64,000 nucleotides of DNA from Ignavibacteria bacterium (GTDB taxonomy: Bacteria; Bacteroidota; Ignavibacteria; UBA10030; F1-140-MAGs086), in NCBI GenBank assembly GCA_016873775.1, contig VGWC01000003.1, forward strand, positions 2,486-66,485, in the 5' to 3' direction. The translations under genes were made by a program, and so were the position numbers. The notes under the pieces were generated by a model. It worked only from the letters and a program-made list of their open reading frames with translations. It searched no databases and was not told the DNA's origin. Of the stretch, positions 1-9,699 are shown piece after piece. Within the stretch, counting starts at the first letter, position 1. Each line of letters starts with the position of its first letter.

Positions 1-807
1 GCACCATTTCATTTCTGGACTCCCGATGTGTATCAAGGTTCGCCGATAACGATTACTGCATTACTTGCCGTTGCATCAAAAGCCGGCGGATTTGCAATGA
101 TGATTCGATTTTTTGCGATTGCATTTTCTCACGCAATTCCTGAAGGATTTACAAGCGCATTGCAAGGTTTTGATTGGCAAACAATAATTGCCGGCGTTTC
201 CGTTCTGACAATGTCGTTAGGAAATCTCGTTGCTCTGTGGCAAAACAATATGAAACGACTTCTCGCGTATTCCAGTATTGCGCACGCGGGATATATGTTG
301 ATGGCGTTTACCGTGATGAGCAACAGCGGAATTTCTGCGATTATGATTTACTTCATCGTCTATTTGTTTATGAATCTCGGCGCGTTTTATGTCGTTATGA
401 TTCTTGCAGAAAAACTTGGCAGTGAAGATGTTGAAGATTACAAAGGACTTGCGTATCGTTCACCGCTTGTTTGTGTAATGATGGCGTTGTTTCTCGTTTC
501 GCTTACGGGACTTCCGCCGACTGCTGGATTTATCGGAAAGTTATTTATTTTTTCTTCCGTCATTACGGGAAAGTGGTACGTGCTTGCAATCATTGGCGCA
601 TTGAACAGTGTTGTTTCGCTGTACTATTATGTAAAAGTTTTTCGCAATATGTTTTTGAAACAACCGGAAGGCGATTCACTTCCCATTACGCTTTCCGTTC
701 CGCAAATTGTGTGGTTGATGATTCTCGGAATTCCAACACTTCTTTTCGGATTATACTTTACACCAATTGTAGAATTTGCACAAGCAAGCGTCAAAATATT
801 TCAATGA
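1..807 (+). CDS. nuoN: NADH-quinone oxidoreductase subunit N, C-terminal part (5' end outside window)
   Basis: Frame open from nt 1 (APFHFWTPDVYQG...). LLAYSSIAHAGYML motif and multi-TM profile typical of NuoN/ND2. Confidence 0.85.
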   Translation, partial: APFHFWTPDVYQGSPITITALLAVASKAGGFAMMIRFFAIAFSHAIPEGFTSALQGFDWQTIIAGVSVLTMSLGNLVALWQNNMKRLLAYSSIAHAGYMLMAFTVMSNSGISAIMIYFIVYLFMNLGAFYVVMILAEKLGSEDVEDYKGLAYRSPLVCVMMALFLVSLTGLPPTAGFIGKLFIFSSVITGKWYVLAIIGALNSVVSLYYYVKVFRNMFLKQPEGDSLPITLSVPQIVWLMILGIPTLLFGLYFTPIVEFAQASVKIFQ

Positions 808-1016
808 GAATTTTCTACTTGCTACGTATTAAAAAATTTATATATTAAACCCGTAATTTTTTACCAATAATTTAATCACAAAAACAAACTAGGAATTTTT
901 CAGCACGATATATTGTTAAAGGTTTTTGCTTTTTCACTCGTTTTATAATAAAGAAAAAGCATTTTAGTTTAAGCAAATTTTTACCTTTAACATTTTCGTG
1001 CTTTCGCATTTTAAAA

Positions 1017-1048
1017 GCCGAATGTTAAAAATCAAACATTCGGTTTTT
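1017..1048 (+). terminator. Rho-independent terminator after nuoN
   Basis: Perfect 9-bp stem ccgaatgtt (1018-1026) / aacattcgg (1035-1043), 8-nt loop, then ttttt (1044-1048). Confidence 0.6.
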
Positions 1049-1065
1049 CATTTTAAATTTAGTCC

Positions 1066-4000
1066 GTGATTTCATACTCCAGAAAAAATATTTCCAATTC
1101 TCGTAAAACAATTACTCTATTGTTTGCGGGAATATATTTTCTTTTTTTGAATTTCACGTTTTCCTCTGTTGAGAGAAAAGTAAGTGATGTTATAGTGAAA
1201 GAATCAAACGCAAAAGTTTTAATTTTCGAATATCGTCCTCAATTTCTTTCCAATTCAACTCAACAAACAGAAAATGGAACATTCGATGTTGTAAATGTTG
1301 AAAATACAATACGACCAAAAAGTCTTGAAAGCGGTTTTCCAAAAATTCTTGAACGAGCCATTTCGTTTGGTGTCCCTTCTCTTGAAAATGCTAAAGTAGA
1401 AATTGTTGCTACCGATTATGAAGATGTAGCAAATATAAATCTCGTTCCGATTCCGCTTTGGGAAAAAGGTGAAGATCTTCCATTAGCAAAGTATGAAGCA
1501 AAATCAGAATTTTATTCGCAAAATAGTTTTCTTCCCCAACAAATTTTTTCTACTGATGAAACAAAGAAGTTTGGAGGAATTGCAAAATCAACAATTCATC
1601 TTTCGGCGTATCAATACAATCCTGTTTCAAAAAAGTTGAGAAAATTTTCTCGTATTGTCGTGCGTGTTGAGTTTCCTTCACCAAAATTTATAGCAAATGG
1701 AAAACAAGTTTCTGAAAATTTGAAAACCAATCTCATCAATTTCGATGTAGCAAAAAATTGGACAATGAATCCGCAAACTAAATTGAAATCTACAACAAGA
1801 TTTAATAGTGTTCTCGCAACGGGAAATTGGTGGACGATTCCCATTGAAAACGATGGAATGTATAAAATTACCGGCGCAACACTTTCAGCAAATGGAATTC
1901 CACGTAATAGTGTTTCAACAATAAAAATTTACAACAACGGTGGCCAAGAAATTCCCGAAGATCCGGCTGATGTTACCGATTACGGTGATTTGATTGAGAA
2001 TGCAATTCTTGTTGTGGACAATAACAACAACGGAAATTTTGAAGATAACGATTACATTGTATTCTTTGGAAAAGGAAACAAGGGATGGAACTATGATACT
2101 ACGACGAAAACGTTTTCGCATTATATTCATTACTACGACGAAACAAATACGTATTTTTTAACGTATGGTAATATGCCTGGAAAGCGAATGGATACAATTC
2201 CTTTGCTTTCTTTGCAGAATGCAATCGTGGCAACATCAGTGGTAGGAAAAGTCTTTCGCGAAGAAGAGAAAATCAATGTTCAGCAATCGGGAAGACAATG
2301 GCTCGGTGAACTCGTAAATTCCGGGGATGAAGTTGAGCAATCATTTTCGTTGCCTGGATATTTTGCACAAAGCGCGCTTCGGTATAATTTTTCACTTGCC
2401 GGTCGTTCGATTTCGCAGTCTTTATTCTCAGTTTTTGAGCATCAAAATTTAATTCTCACTTCGTACATCAACGGAGTAAATGTCAATAATTATTACGGAA
2501 TATTTTGCACCTTCGGGTATCCATCGCAAGTGAATGTTGGTTCTGTTTTTTCAGAAGAGCAATCTCGGTTGAAATTTCGTTATGCATCTTCGCCCGGGGG
2601 AACAGGATTTATTGATTGGGTGGAAATATTTTATCAACGAAAATTGCAGGCGCATAATAATATTTTTCAGTTTCACGCATTCGATACATCGGCAATCATT
2701 GAATATGCTGTTGGGAATTTTTCCTCCAACGCAGTTATGGGATTTGACGTAACAGATTTTTCTAATGTACGACGTGTTACTCCTTTGCAAATTGCAAATG
2801 GAACATTCACATTCCAAACACAACAGAGTATTGGCGCGATATCGGAATTTCTTCTTTACGAAACAAGTGAATTCAAATCGCTTACACAATTTCAGCGTAT
2901 TTCAAATCAGAATTTGCATGGCGATACAACTGCAATTGAATATGTACTAGTTACACATTTAGAATTTCTTGACCAAGCAACTCGGTTGAAAAATTTCCGT
3001 CGCAACATTGCAAAGAACAAACTCAACGCAGTTGTAGTAACGACACAACAAATCTACAATGAATTTTCTTCCGGGATGGAAGATGCAGGAGCAGTTCGAA
3101 ATTATATCAAATATCTGTACGAAACGGCAGTTGCATCGCAACGCCCAAAATATTTGTTACTCTTTGGCGATGGAGATTTCGATTACAAGCGTGTAACAAC
3201 AACGGGAACAAATTTCATTCTTCCCTGGGAAACAATGGATTCTTTCGGAAGTCCGATTGATTCATATTCGAGTGACGATTTTTTTGGAGCATTCGTTACA
3301 CCATTGGATGTTGACATTGCAGTAGGAAGACTTAATGTCAGAACGAAAGAAGAAGCAAAAATCGTTGTAGATAAAATCATAGAATATGAAACAAATGAAA
3401 TTCGCGATGCATGGAATACAAGAATAATTTTTGTTGCCGATGATTTTAAGCAGGAAGGAACGTTACATAATGATCAAGCGGATGATTTGGCGCAATATTA
3501 CACGCCAAATCTTTTTGATAAAGTGAAGATTTATTCTGCCGAATTTTCAACGGTTGCTTCGTCATTAGGGAGAAGAAAGCCTACTGCAAATGATGCAATA
3601 ATTACCGAATGGAATAATGGCGCGCTTGTCATCAATTTTACTGGACATGGAAATCCGCGCGTTTGGACACACGAACAAATATTTACGCGCGAAACAACAA
3701 TTCCTTTATTATCCAACAAAGGTAAATATCCGTTTGTTGTTGCGGCAACTTGCAACTTTGGACAATTTGACAACATCGGTGCACAAAGCAGCGCAGAGAT
3801 TTTAGTGAATAAAAAAGAGAGCGGAGCAATAGCAGTGTTCGCTGCAACTCGTGCAGTATATGCGTTTTCCAATGCAGTATTGAATCAAACGTTATATCAA
3901 AAAATGTTTGATGAAGGCACGAATGGAAAACTCAAATATAAACGCTTTGGAGATGCTGTGTATGCTGCAAAATTTGCATTGAAAAGCACAACATGGCAAG

Positions 4001-5145
4001 ATGAAAACCAAAACAGATTTTTTCTGATGGGAGATCCGGCGCTTACAATCGGTTTTCCACAATCGTACGGTCAGTTTGATAGTATTAGTACTACTTCTAA
4101 AAAAAATACTAATCCTCCACTCTTAAAAGCATTGTCGAAACCGCTTATACACATTGGAGTGAAAGATAGTGCTGGGGTGCTCAATAGTCAGTTTTCCGGA
4201 AGTGGTTTATTATCGCTTTACGATGCATATAGAAAGATGATTATAGTGGACGAGGGTCCTGATACTTCAACTGTTGCATATAGTTATATAAAAAAAGGAA
4301 GTTTGTTATTCAATGGTACTATTTCTGTGCAAAACGGTGTATCAACAGTGCGATGTATAATTCCCAAAGATATTACCTATGACACGTCAATGAATGCGCG
4401 TATTACACTTTACTTTTGGAATCAAGTGATAGATGGTTTTGGTATTACAGAATTTGTGCGTGTTGGAGAAACTGAACCTACTGCAATTGCTGATAATCAA
4501 GGACCTTCCATAATCGGATATTTCAATACGACGTCGTTTCGGAGCGGAGATATTGTAAGCAATAATCCAACGCTCATTATTGAGTTATCTGATAGTAATG
4601 GTATCAATACGTCGGATGTTGGTATAGGACATCAATTAGAAGCAAGAATTGATAATGAGCCACAAAGTATCAATCTTTCTACATATTATCGAAGCGAAGT
4701 GAACGATTATACGCGCGGAAAAGTTACATACAAGTTTTCAAATATTAAAGAAGGAGAACATCAACTTACTATTCGTGCATGGGATACATACAATAACGCA
4801 GCGGACGCTATGATACAATTTCGTGTAAGAACAAATACTAAACTGTTTTTGGAAAATGTATATAATTATCCCAATCCTTTTTCAAAAGAAACATATTTTA
4901 CGTTTCACCATAATCAATCGTCGCCTCTTGACATAGAAATAAAAATTTTTACAGTGGGTGGAAGGCAAATTCAATCGCTCAAGAGTAATAGTTACAGCAA
5001 TAACTTTGTCAAAATTCGTTGGGATGGAAATGACAGTGATGGCGATGAAGTAGCAAATGGTTTATATCTCTTTAAAGTCATCGCAAAAACTACGGACAAA
5101 AAATTTTCAACCGAATCGTTAGGGAAACTTAGCATTATTCGGTAA
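1066..5145 (+). CDS. porU: Type IX secretion sortase PorU-like C25 (gingipain-family) cysteine peptidase
   Basis: 1359 aa, GTG start, N-terminal hydrophobic signal. C25-like His/Cys contexts NFTGHGN and VVAATCNFGQFD. C-terminal T9SS sorting domain (YNYPNPFSKETYFTF...NGLYLFKVIAKT). Immediately followed by porV. Confidence 0.7.
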   Translation: MISYSRKNISNSRKTITLLFAGIYFLFLNFTFSSVERKVSDVIVKESNAKVLIFEYRPQFLSNSTQQTENGTFDVVNVENTIRPKSLESGFPKILERAISFGVPSLENAKVEIVATDYEDVANINLVPIPLWEKGEDLPLAKYEAKSEFYSQNSFLPQQIFSTDETKKFGGIAKSTIHLSAYQYNPVSKKLRKFSRIVVRVEFPSPKFIANGKQVSENLKTNLINFDVAKNWTMNPQTKLKSTTRFNSVLATGNWWTIPIENDGMYKITGATLSANGIPRNSVSTIKIYNNGGQEIPEDPADVTDYGDLIENAILVVDNNNNGNFEDNDYIVFFGKGNKGWNYDTTTKTFSHYIHYYDETNTYFLTYGNMPGKRMDTIPLLSLQNAIVATSVVGKVFREEEKINVQQSGRQWLGELVNSGDEVEQSFSLPGYFAQSALRYNFSLAGRSISQSLFSVFEHQNLILTSYINGVNVNNYYGIFCTFGYPSQVNVGSVFSEEQSRLKFRYASSPGGTGFIDWVEIFYQRKLQAHNNIFQFHAFDTSAIIEYAVGNFSSNAVMGFDVTDFSNVRRVTPLQIANGTFTFQTQQSIGAISEFLLYETSEFKSLTQFQRISNQNLHGDTTAIEYVLVTHLEFLDQATRLKNFRRNIAKNKLNAVVVTTQQIYNEFSSGMEDAGAVRNYIKYLYETAVASQRPKYLLLFGDGDFDYKRVTTTGTNFILPWETMDSFGSPIDSYSSDDFFGAFVTPLDVDIAVGRLNVRTKEEAKIVVDKIIEYETNEIRDAWNTRIIFVADDFKQEGTLHNDQADDLAQYYTPNLFDKVKIYSAEFSTVASSLGRRKPTANDAIITEWNNGALVINFTGHGNPRVWTHEQIFTRETTIPLLSNKGKYPFVVAATCNFGQFDNIGAQSSAEILVNKKESGAIAVFAATRAVYAFSNAVLNQTLYQKMFDEGTNGKLKYKRFGDAVYAAKFALKSTTWQDENQNRFFLMGDPALTIGFPQSYGQFDSISTTSKKNTNPPLLKALSKPLIHIGVKDSAGVLNSQFSGSGLLSLYDAYRKMIIVDEGPDTSTVAYSYIKKGSLLFNGTISVQNGVSTVRCIIPKDITYDTSMNARITLYFWNQVIDGFGITEFVRVGETEPTAIADNQGPSIIGYFNTTSFRSGDIVSNNPTLIIELSDSNGINTSDVGIGHQLEARIDNEPQSINLSTYYRSEVNDYTRGKVTYKFSNIKEGEHQLTIRAWDTYNNAADAMIQFRVRTNTKLFLENVYNYPNPFSKETYFTFHHNQSSPLDIEIKIFTVGGRQIQSLKSNSYSNNFVKIRWDGNDSDGDEVANGLYLFKVIAKTTDKKFSTESLGKLSIIR

Positions 5146-5193
5146 TTAACAAAAAAAGTATTATTTTTTACTACAAAAAATGGAAAAACTCTA

Positions 5194-6402
5194 ATGTACA
5201 ACCAATTAAGAAAACCTATAATAGAAATATTTACCCTCTTCGTTTTCGTAACACTTTATTCACCTACGATTTTTTCGCAAGGTGAATCAGCAGTTCCGTT
5301 TCTACTCATCTCACCAAATGCGCGAGCGAGCGGAATGGGCGAATCGGGCGGCGGCTTATCCGACGACGTATCCGCTATATATTGGAATCCTGCCGGTCTT
5401 GCGTTTCAAGACGGTGAAGAAATTAGCATAACTCATTCGAATTGGCTTCCCCAGTTTGGTTTTTCCGATTTGTTTTATGAATATGCAAATTACAAAGCAT
5501 ATGTTGAAGATTGGGGCGGTACTATCGCATCAAGTATTACGTATTTGAATTTAGGAGAATTTATTCGAACTGGTTCCGGAGGACCTGATGAACTTGGTCG
5601 TTGGAAAGCATACGAAGGAGCATTTACCGTTGGAGGTGGATGGAAAGTATTAGACGAACTTGGCGTAGGCGTTAATCTACGATATATACGTAGCGCACTC
5701 TCACCGTTTGGAACTGAAGAAGAACAAGGAACAGGAGTTGCTAATACTGTAAGTTTTGATATTGGCACGTTTTATAAACCTCAAGATGCGTTAATGACGT
5801 TTGATGATGTGCGTATAAAATTCAGCGGAGGAATCAATCTTTCTAATTTAGGTCCGAAAGTTACATACATTGACGAAGACCAATCAGATCCGCTTCCAAC
5901 GAATGTACGTTTAGCATTTGCATTTCATATTATTCCTGATGAATTCAATAGTTTAACATACAATGTAGATTTCAGCAGAGTGCTTGTCCGCAGGAACTTT
6001 TTCGATGCAGATGGCGATGGCAAATATACTCCAGATTCCGATGATAGAGTTTTGCCTACCGATGGTTTACCGAAGTCTCTCATAACCGCGTGGTCCGATG
6101 GAAACGCTCTCCAAAAAGTAACGACAGGAATGGGGCTTGAATATTGGTACGGAAGTCCACGTCTCATTGCGCTTCGGTTCGGTTGGTTTTATGAAGACCC
6201 AAGTTATGGCAATCGAAATTTCTTAACATTCGGTGCAGGACTTCGGTATGATATGTACGGATTTGATTTCAGTTACATTAGCGTTGTAAAAGGTGAATTT
6301 AGCCCACTTGCCGAAACGCTTCGATTTACATTGTTAATGAAATGGGGCGGTCTCGAAGCGATTAATGCAAGTACAGAACAAGAACCAGAACTACAAAACT
6401 AA
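5194..6402 (+). CDS. porV: T9SS outer-membrane shuttle/channel protein PorV (LptO family)
   Basis: 402 aa, signal peptide ending SQGES, AVPFLLISPNARASGMGESG motif typical of the PorV/PorQ family, beta-barrel-like sequence, adjacent to porU. Confidence 0.7.
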   Translation: MYNQLRKPIIEIFTLFVFVTLYSPTIFSQGESAVPFLLISPNARASGMGESGGGLSDDVSAIYWNPAGLAFQDGEEISITHSNWLPQFGFSDLFYEYANYKAYVEDWGGTIASSITYLNLGEFIRTGSGGPDELGRWKAYEGAFTVGGGWKVLDELGVGVNLRYIRSALSPFGTEEEQGTGVANTVSFDIGTFYKPQDALMTFDDVRIKFSGGINLSNLGPKVTYIDEDQSDPLPTNVRLAFAFHIIPDEFNSLTYNVDFSRVLVRRNFFDADGDGKYTPDSDDRVLPTDGLPKSLITAWSDGNALQKVTTGMGLEYWYGSPRLIALRFGWFYEDPSYGNRNFLTFGAGLRYDMYGFDFSYISVVKGEFSPLAETLRFTLLMKWGGLEAINASTEQEPELQN

Positions 6403-6465
6403 CTTTATCCGAACATACATAGCATTTTACTTCTGAATTTCCCAAACTATGGGAAGTCCGCATTG

Positions 6466-9400
6466 ATGTTTTTAATTTTTCTTTTCTTTCTCTTTGCAGA
6501 AAATATTTTTTCGCAGCAGGAAAGAATCTCATTACAACTGAATCATCCCATCGCACACGAACGGGATGATTCTTTTTTAAAGAGGAATCTTTCTTCCACT
6601 TCATTTCCAGAAACACTGCATATCATTGCGATTATGGTGGAGTTTCAACCGGATTCTATCGAAACAACGACAGGAAACGGACTTTTTGATACCTCTCATT
6701 CAACAAAAAAAATAATTGATGCTCCTCCGCACGACTCAATATATTTTGACGACCATTTACTGTTTGCTAAAAATTATTTTTGGAAAGTGTCAAACAATAA
6801 ACTCTTTATCGAATATCAGTTGTGCGATTCGGTAATACGTTTGCAAAAACCGATGCGAAGATATTCACCTTTGAAGTCGAGTGAGAGATATTTTCAACTC
6901 GATACATTAATGCTTGAAGCGTGGAGTCGAGCAGATTCGTTCATCAATTTTTTGCAGTATGATTCCAACAACACAGCATTTATTCTTTTTCACGCCGGAG
7001 TTGGTCGCGATATTGATTTGGCAAGCACATTCGGTTATGATCCACGACCGTTCGACATTCCTACGATTTATCGCAGTTTGAAAAGTTTGCAGAAAAATTT
7101 CGGCGATGATTATCTTGGCATACCTGTCGAGAACGGAACGTATCATATAAAAAATTCTCTCATTCTTCCCGAAACCGAAAGCAGATATTTGCCTTCATCG
7201 TTTGGCGGTGATGTGTTTGTACAATTCGGTTTGAACGGAATGTTATGCTCGAATATCGGAAGTCACCTCGGTTTGCCGGATTTGTTCAACACGAAAAACG
7301 GGCGTTCCGGAATTGGTCGTTTCGGTTTGATGGATGGCGAAGGAATTTTTGCGTGGAACGGATATTTTCCTCCCGAACCAATGGCGTGGGAGAAATATTT
7401 TCTTGGATGGCTCGAACCGAAAACAATTCTAGCATCGCGCAATGAAATTTCACTTCCCGCAGTTTCGTTGAATGAAGAAAAAGATTCAGTACTACGAATT
7501 CCGATTTCAGGGAAAGAATATTTTCTTGTGGAAAATAGAATTCGTGATGCGAAGAAAGACAGCACGATTGTTTGGATGCGGCAAGGGCCAAATAGAGACA
7601 TAGTTCGTAAAGCATTTTGGCGCGACACAACAGGATTTTCTTCGACAAATCAAGATTCACTTTACGGAACAATTCTCGACGTGGATGAATTCGATTTTAG
7701 TTTGCCCGGCGGTTTTGATGAAGACCACAACTGGTATAACGGCGGCATCCTCGTATGGCATATTGATGAAAACGTGATAGAAGAAAAATACGCGACGAAT
7801 GAAATTAATGCGGATGTAAATCATCGCGGTGTGGATTTGGAACAAGCAAATGGAGCGCAGGATATTGGCGAAGTGTTGAATACCGTGTTTGGCGCAGTAA
7901 TCGGAAGCGGAAGCGCGTTTGATTTTTGGTTCGAAAATAATCCGTTGCGTATGAAGAAAAAATTCTCCGATGATTTTACGCCGACATCGTTTCCCAATTC
8001 CAAAAGCAACGATGGAGCGAACTCGCATATTTCATTGACGAATTTTTCTTTACGCGATTCGGTTATGACATTCGATGTAAAAATTGGTGATGACGAAATA
8101 CAACCGCTTGCAGGATTTCCGAAATATGTTGGCGAACAGTTTGGTAAAAATTCTGTGCGTGTTGCCGATTTGGATAATGACGGAGAAAATGAAATTGTTG
8201 TTGTAACGAATGGAGTTATTTCCGCTCAAGCAATTGATACAGTAGATTGGGGAAAAACTACATCAAAATCAAAAGTTTATGCGTGGAATTTTGACGGAAC
8301 AAAAGTTCTTGCTACGGGAAATATAAATGGTTTGTTTACTCAACTTCCTTCTCCGTCATTTGTTACTTCGGTAATATGTTCTTTACATACAACTTCAAAT
8401 AAAATTATTGTTGCAAGCAGAAATACTTTACAAGTTTTCAACAATGAAGACAACAATAGCGATGGATTTGCAGATACGTTATTTACCAAAACTTTTTCAA
8501 GAAATATTGTTGCTTCGCCTTCGGTTTCAGATTCTGTAATTGCTTTACCTGCTGCAAATGGGGATGTTTATGCAATTAGATTGAGACAAAATACTGTTGA
8601 TTCAACGAGATTACTTAATGATACAACCGATAACTATACTGGTTTTTATTCAATTTATAAAGAATCAAATACGTTTTTCTTTTCTACATATAAAGGATTG
8701 CTATTCGAGTTTAATGTGAATAATGACGGAATTGGCTTTCACACTACTGCCGGTTCAATTCAGGTAAATAAAATTCTATCAAACCCTATTGTTGTAGGAA
8801 ATCAAAATGGAAAGTTAATTGTTGCGTCAGATGATGGAACAATTTATTTCTATAAAGGATTTGTTGATGTTGTTTTACCCGGTTATCGAGGAATTGTAGA
8901 TGGTTTTCCAATCTCAACCAACGATTCAATTTCTTCTTCTCCCATCTTTGCCGACATCAACAACGATGGTCAACGCGACATTGTTGTTGTAAGCGGAACA
9001 AAAATATTTGCGTTCAATGCAAATGGTTCGTTGCTCGATTATTTTCCGATTCAAACAACTTCGACAACACGATTTCTTGCACAACCGCTTGCCGCCGATG
9101 TTGATGGAAACGGAAAGATTGATATTGTGTGTGTTTCGCAAGAAGGATTGGTATTTGCGTATGATAGTCGCGGAAAAATGTTGAGCGGATTTCCGTTGTT
9201 GAGCGGAAAAAATAATGGCGCAACACCGGCAATTTCTTTATACCAAGATACGATTGCGCTTGTCGTTGCTTCCGATGATGGCAATGTGTATGCGTGGAAA
9301 ACCGGAACTGTTAAGCCAGGTTTGTGGAAATCCGAATGGACGCAATTTCAACACGACGCGCAGGGCTCAGGATATATTGATGCGCCGCTCGTGTCTCATC

Positions 9401-9699
9401 CGATTTCCAATTCCTTTTTTCCGAAAGAACGTGCATACAATTATCCCAATCCCGCGTACGATAACACGACAACGATTCGTTACTATTTGAAAGACAATGC
9501 AACAGTGAGCATAAAAATTTTCGACCTTGCCGGCGATTTGGTGGAAGAAATAAAAAATCCTCCCGGCGTTGGCGGCTTCGATAATGAAGTGGTATGGAAC
9601 GTTGCAAACATTCAAAGTGGTGTATATTTTGCGCATATTGAAGCAAAAGGCGCAGCGCAAACGGGCGAAACGATAATTAAGATTGCGGTTGTTAAATGA
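6466..9699 (+). CDS. T9SS cargo protein: M6 (InhA)-like domain with degenerate active site + FG-GAP/VCBS beta-propeller repeats + T9SS C-terminal sorting domain
   Basis: Signal peptide MFLIFLFFLFAENIFSQQ. M6-like blocks (ILFHAGVGRD, GSHLGLPDLF, GILVWHIDEN, GVDLEQANGAQD). FG-GAP-like DLDNDGENEIVVV, ADINNDGQRDIVVV, ADVDGNGKIDIVCV. CTD YNYPNPAYDNTTTIRYYL...SGVYFAHIEA. Confidence 0.7.
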   Translation: MFLIFLFFLFAENIFSQQERISLQLNHPIAHERDDSFLKRNLSSTSFPETLHIIAIMVEFQPDSIETTTGNGLFDTSHSTKKIIDAPPHDSIYFDDHLLFAKNYFWKVSNNKLFIEYQLCDSVIRLQKPMRRYSPLKSSERYFQLDTLMLEAWSRADSFINFLQYDSNNTAFILFHAGVGRDIDLASTFGYDPRPFDIPTIYRSLKSLQKNFGDDYLGIPVENGTYHIKNSLILPETESRYLPSSFGGDVFVQFGLNGMLCSNIGSHLGLPDLFNTKNGRSGIGRFGLMDGEGIFAWNGYFPPEPMAWEKYFLGWLEPKTILASRNEISLPAVSLNEEKDSVLRIPISGKEYFLVENRIRDAKKDSTIVWMRQGPNRDIVRKAFWRDTTGFSSTNQDSLYGTILDVDEFDFSLPGGFDEDHNWYNGGILVWHIDENVIEEKYATNEINADVNHRGVDLEQANGAQDIGEVLNTVFGAVIGSGSAFDFWFENNPLRMKKKFSDDFTPTSFPNSKSNDGANSHISLTNFSLRDSVMTFDVKIGDDEIQPLAGFPKYVGEQFGKNSVRVADLDNDGENEIVVVTNGVISAQAIDTVDWGKTTSKSKVYAWNFDGTKVLATGNINGLFTQLPSPSFVTSVICSLHTTSNKIIVASRNTLQVFNNEDNNSDGFADTLFTKTFSRNIVASPSVSDSVIALPAANGDVYAIRLRQNTVDSTRLLNDTTDNYTGFYSIYKESNTFFFSTYKGLLFEFNVNNDGIGFHTTAGSIQVNKILSNPIVVGNQNGKLIVASDDGTIYFYKGFVDVVLPGYRGIVDGFPISTNDSISSSPIFADINNDGQRDIVVVSGTKIFAFNANGSLLDYFPIQTTSTTRFLAQPLAADVDGNGKIDIVCVSQEGLVFAYDSRGKMLSGFPLLSGKNNGATPAISLYQDTIALVVASDDGNVYAWKTGTVKPGLWKSEWTQFQHDAQGSGYIDAPLVSHPISNSFFPKERAYNYPNPAYDNTTTIRYYLKDNATVSIKIFDLAGDLVEEIKNPPGVGGFDNEVVWNVANIQSGVYFAHIEAKGAAQTGETIIKIAVVK

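Noticed and set aside
927-966. Second hairpin (tgcttttt / aaaaagca) after nuoN as a terminator
   Set aside because: The 8-bp stem is almost all A/T with a 19-nt loop, so it is too weak to call. The 1017-1048 hairpin is a much better terminator.
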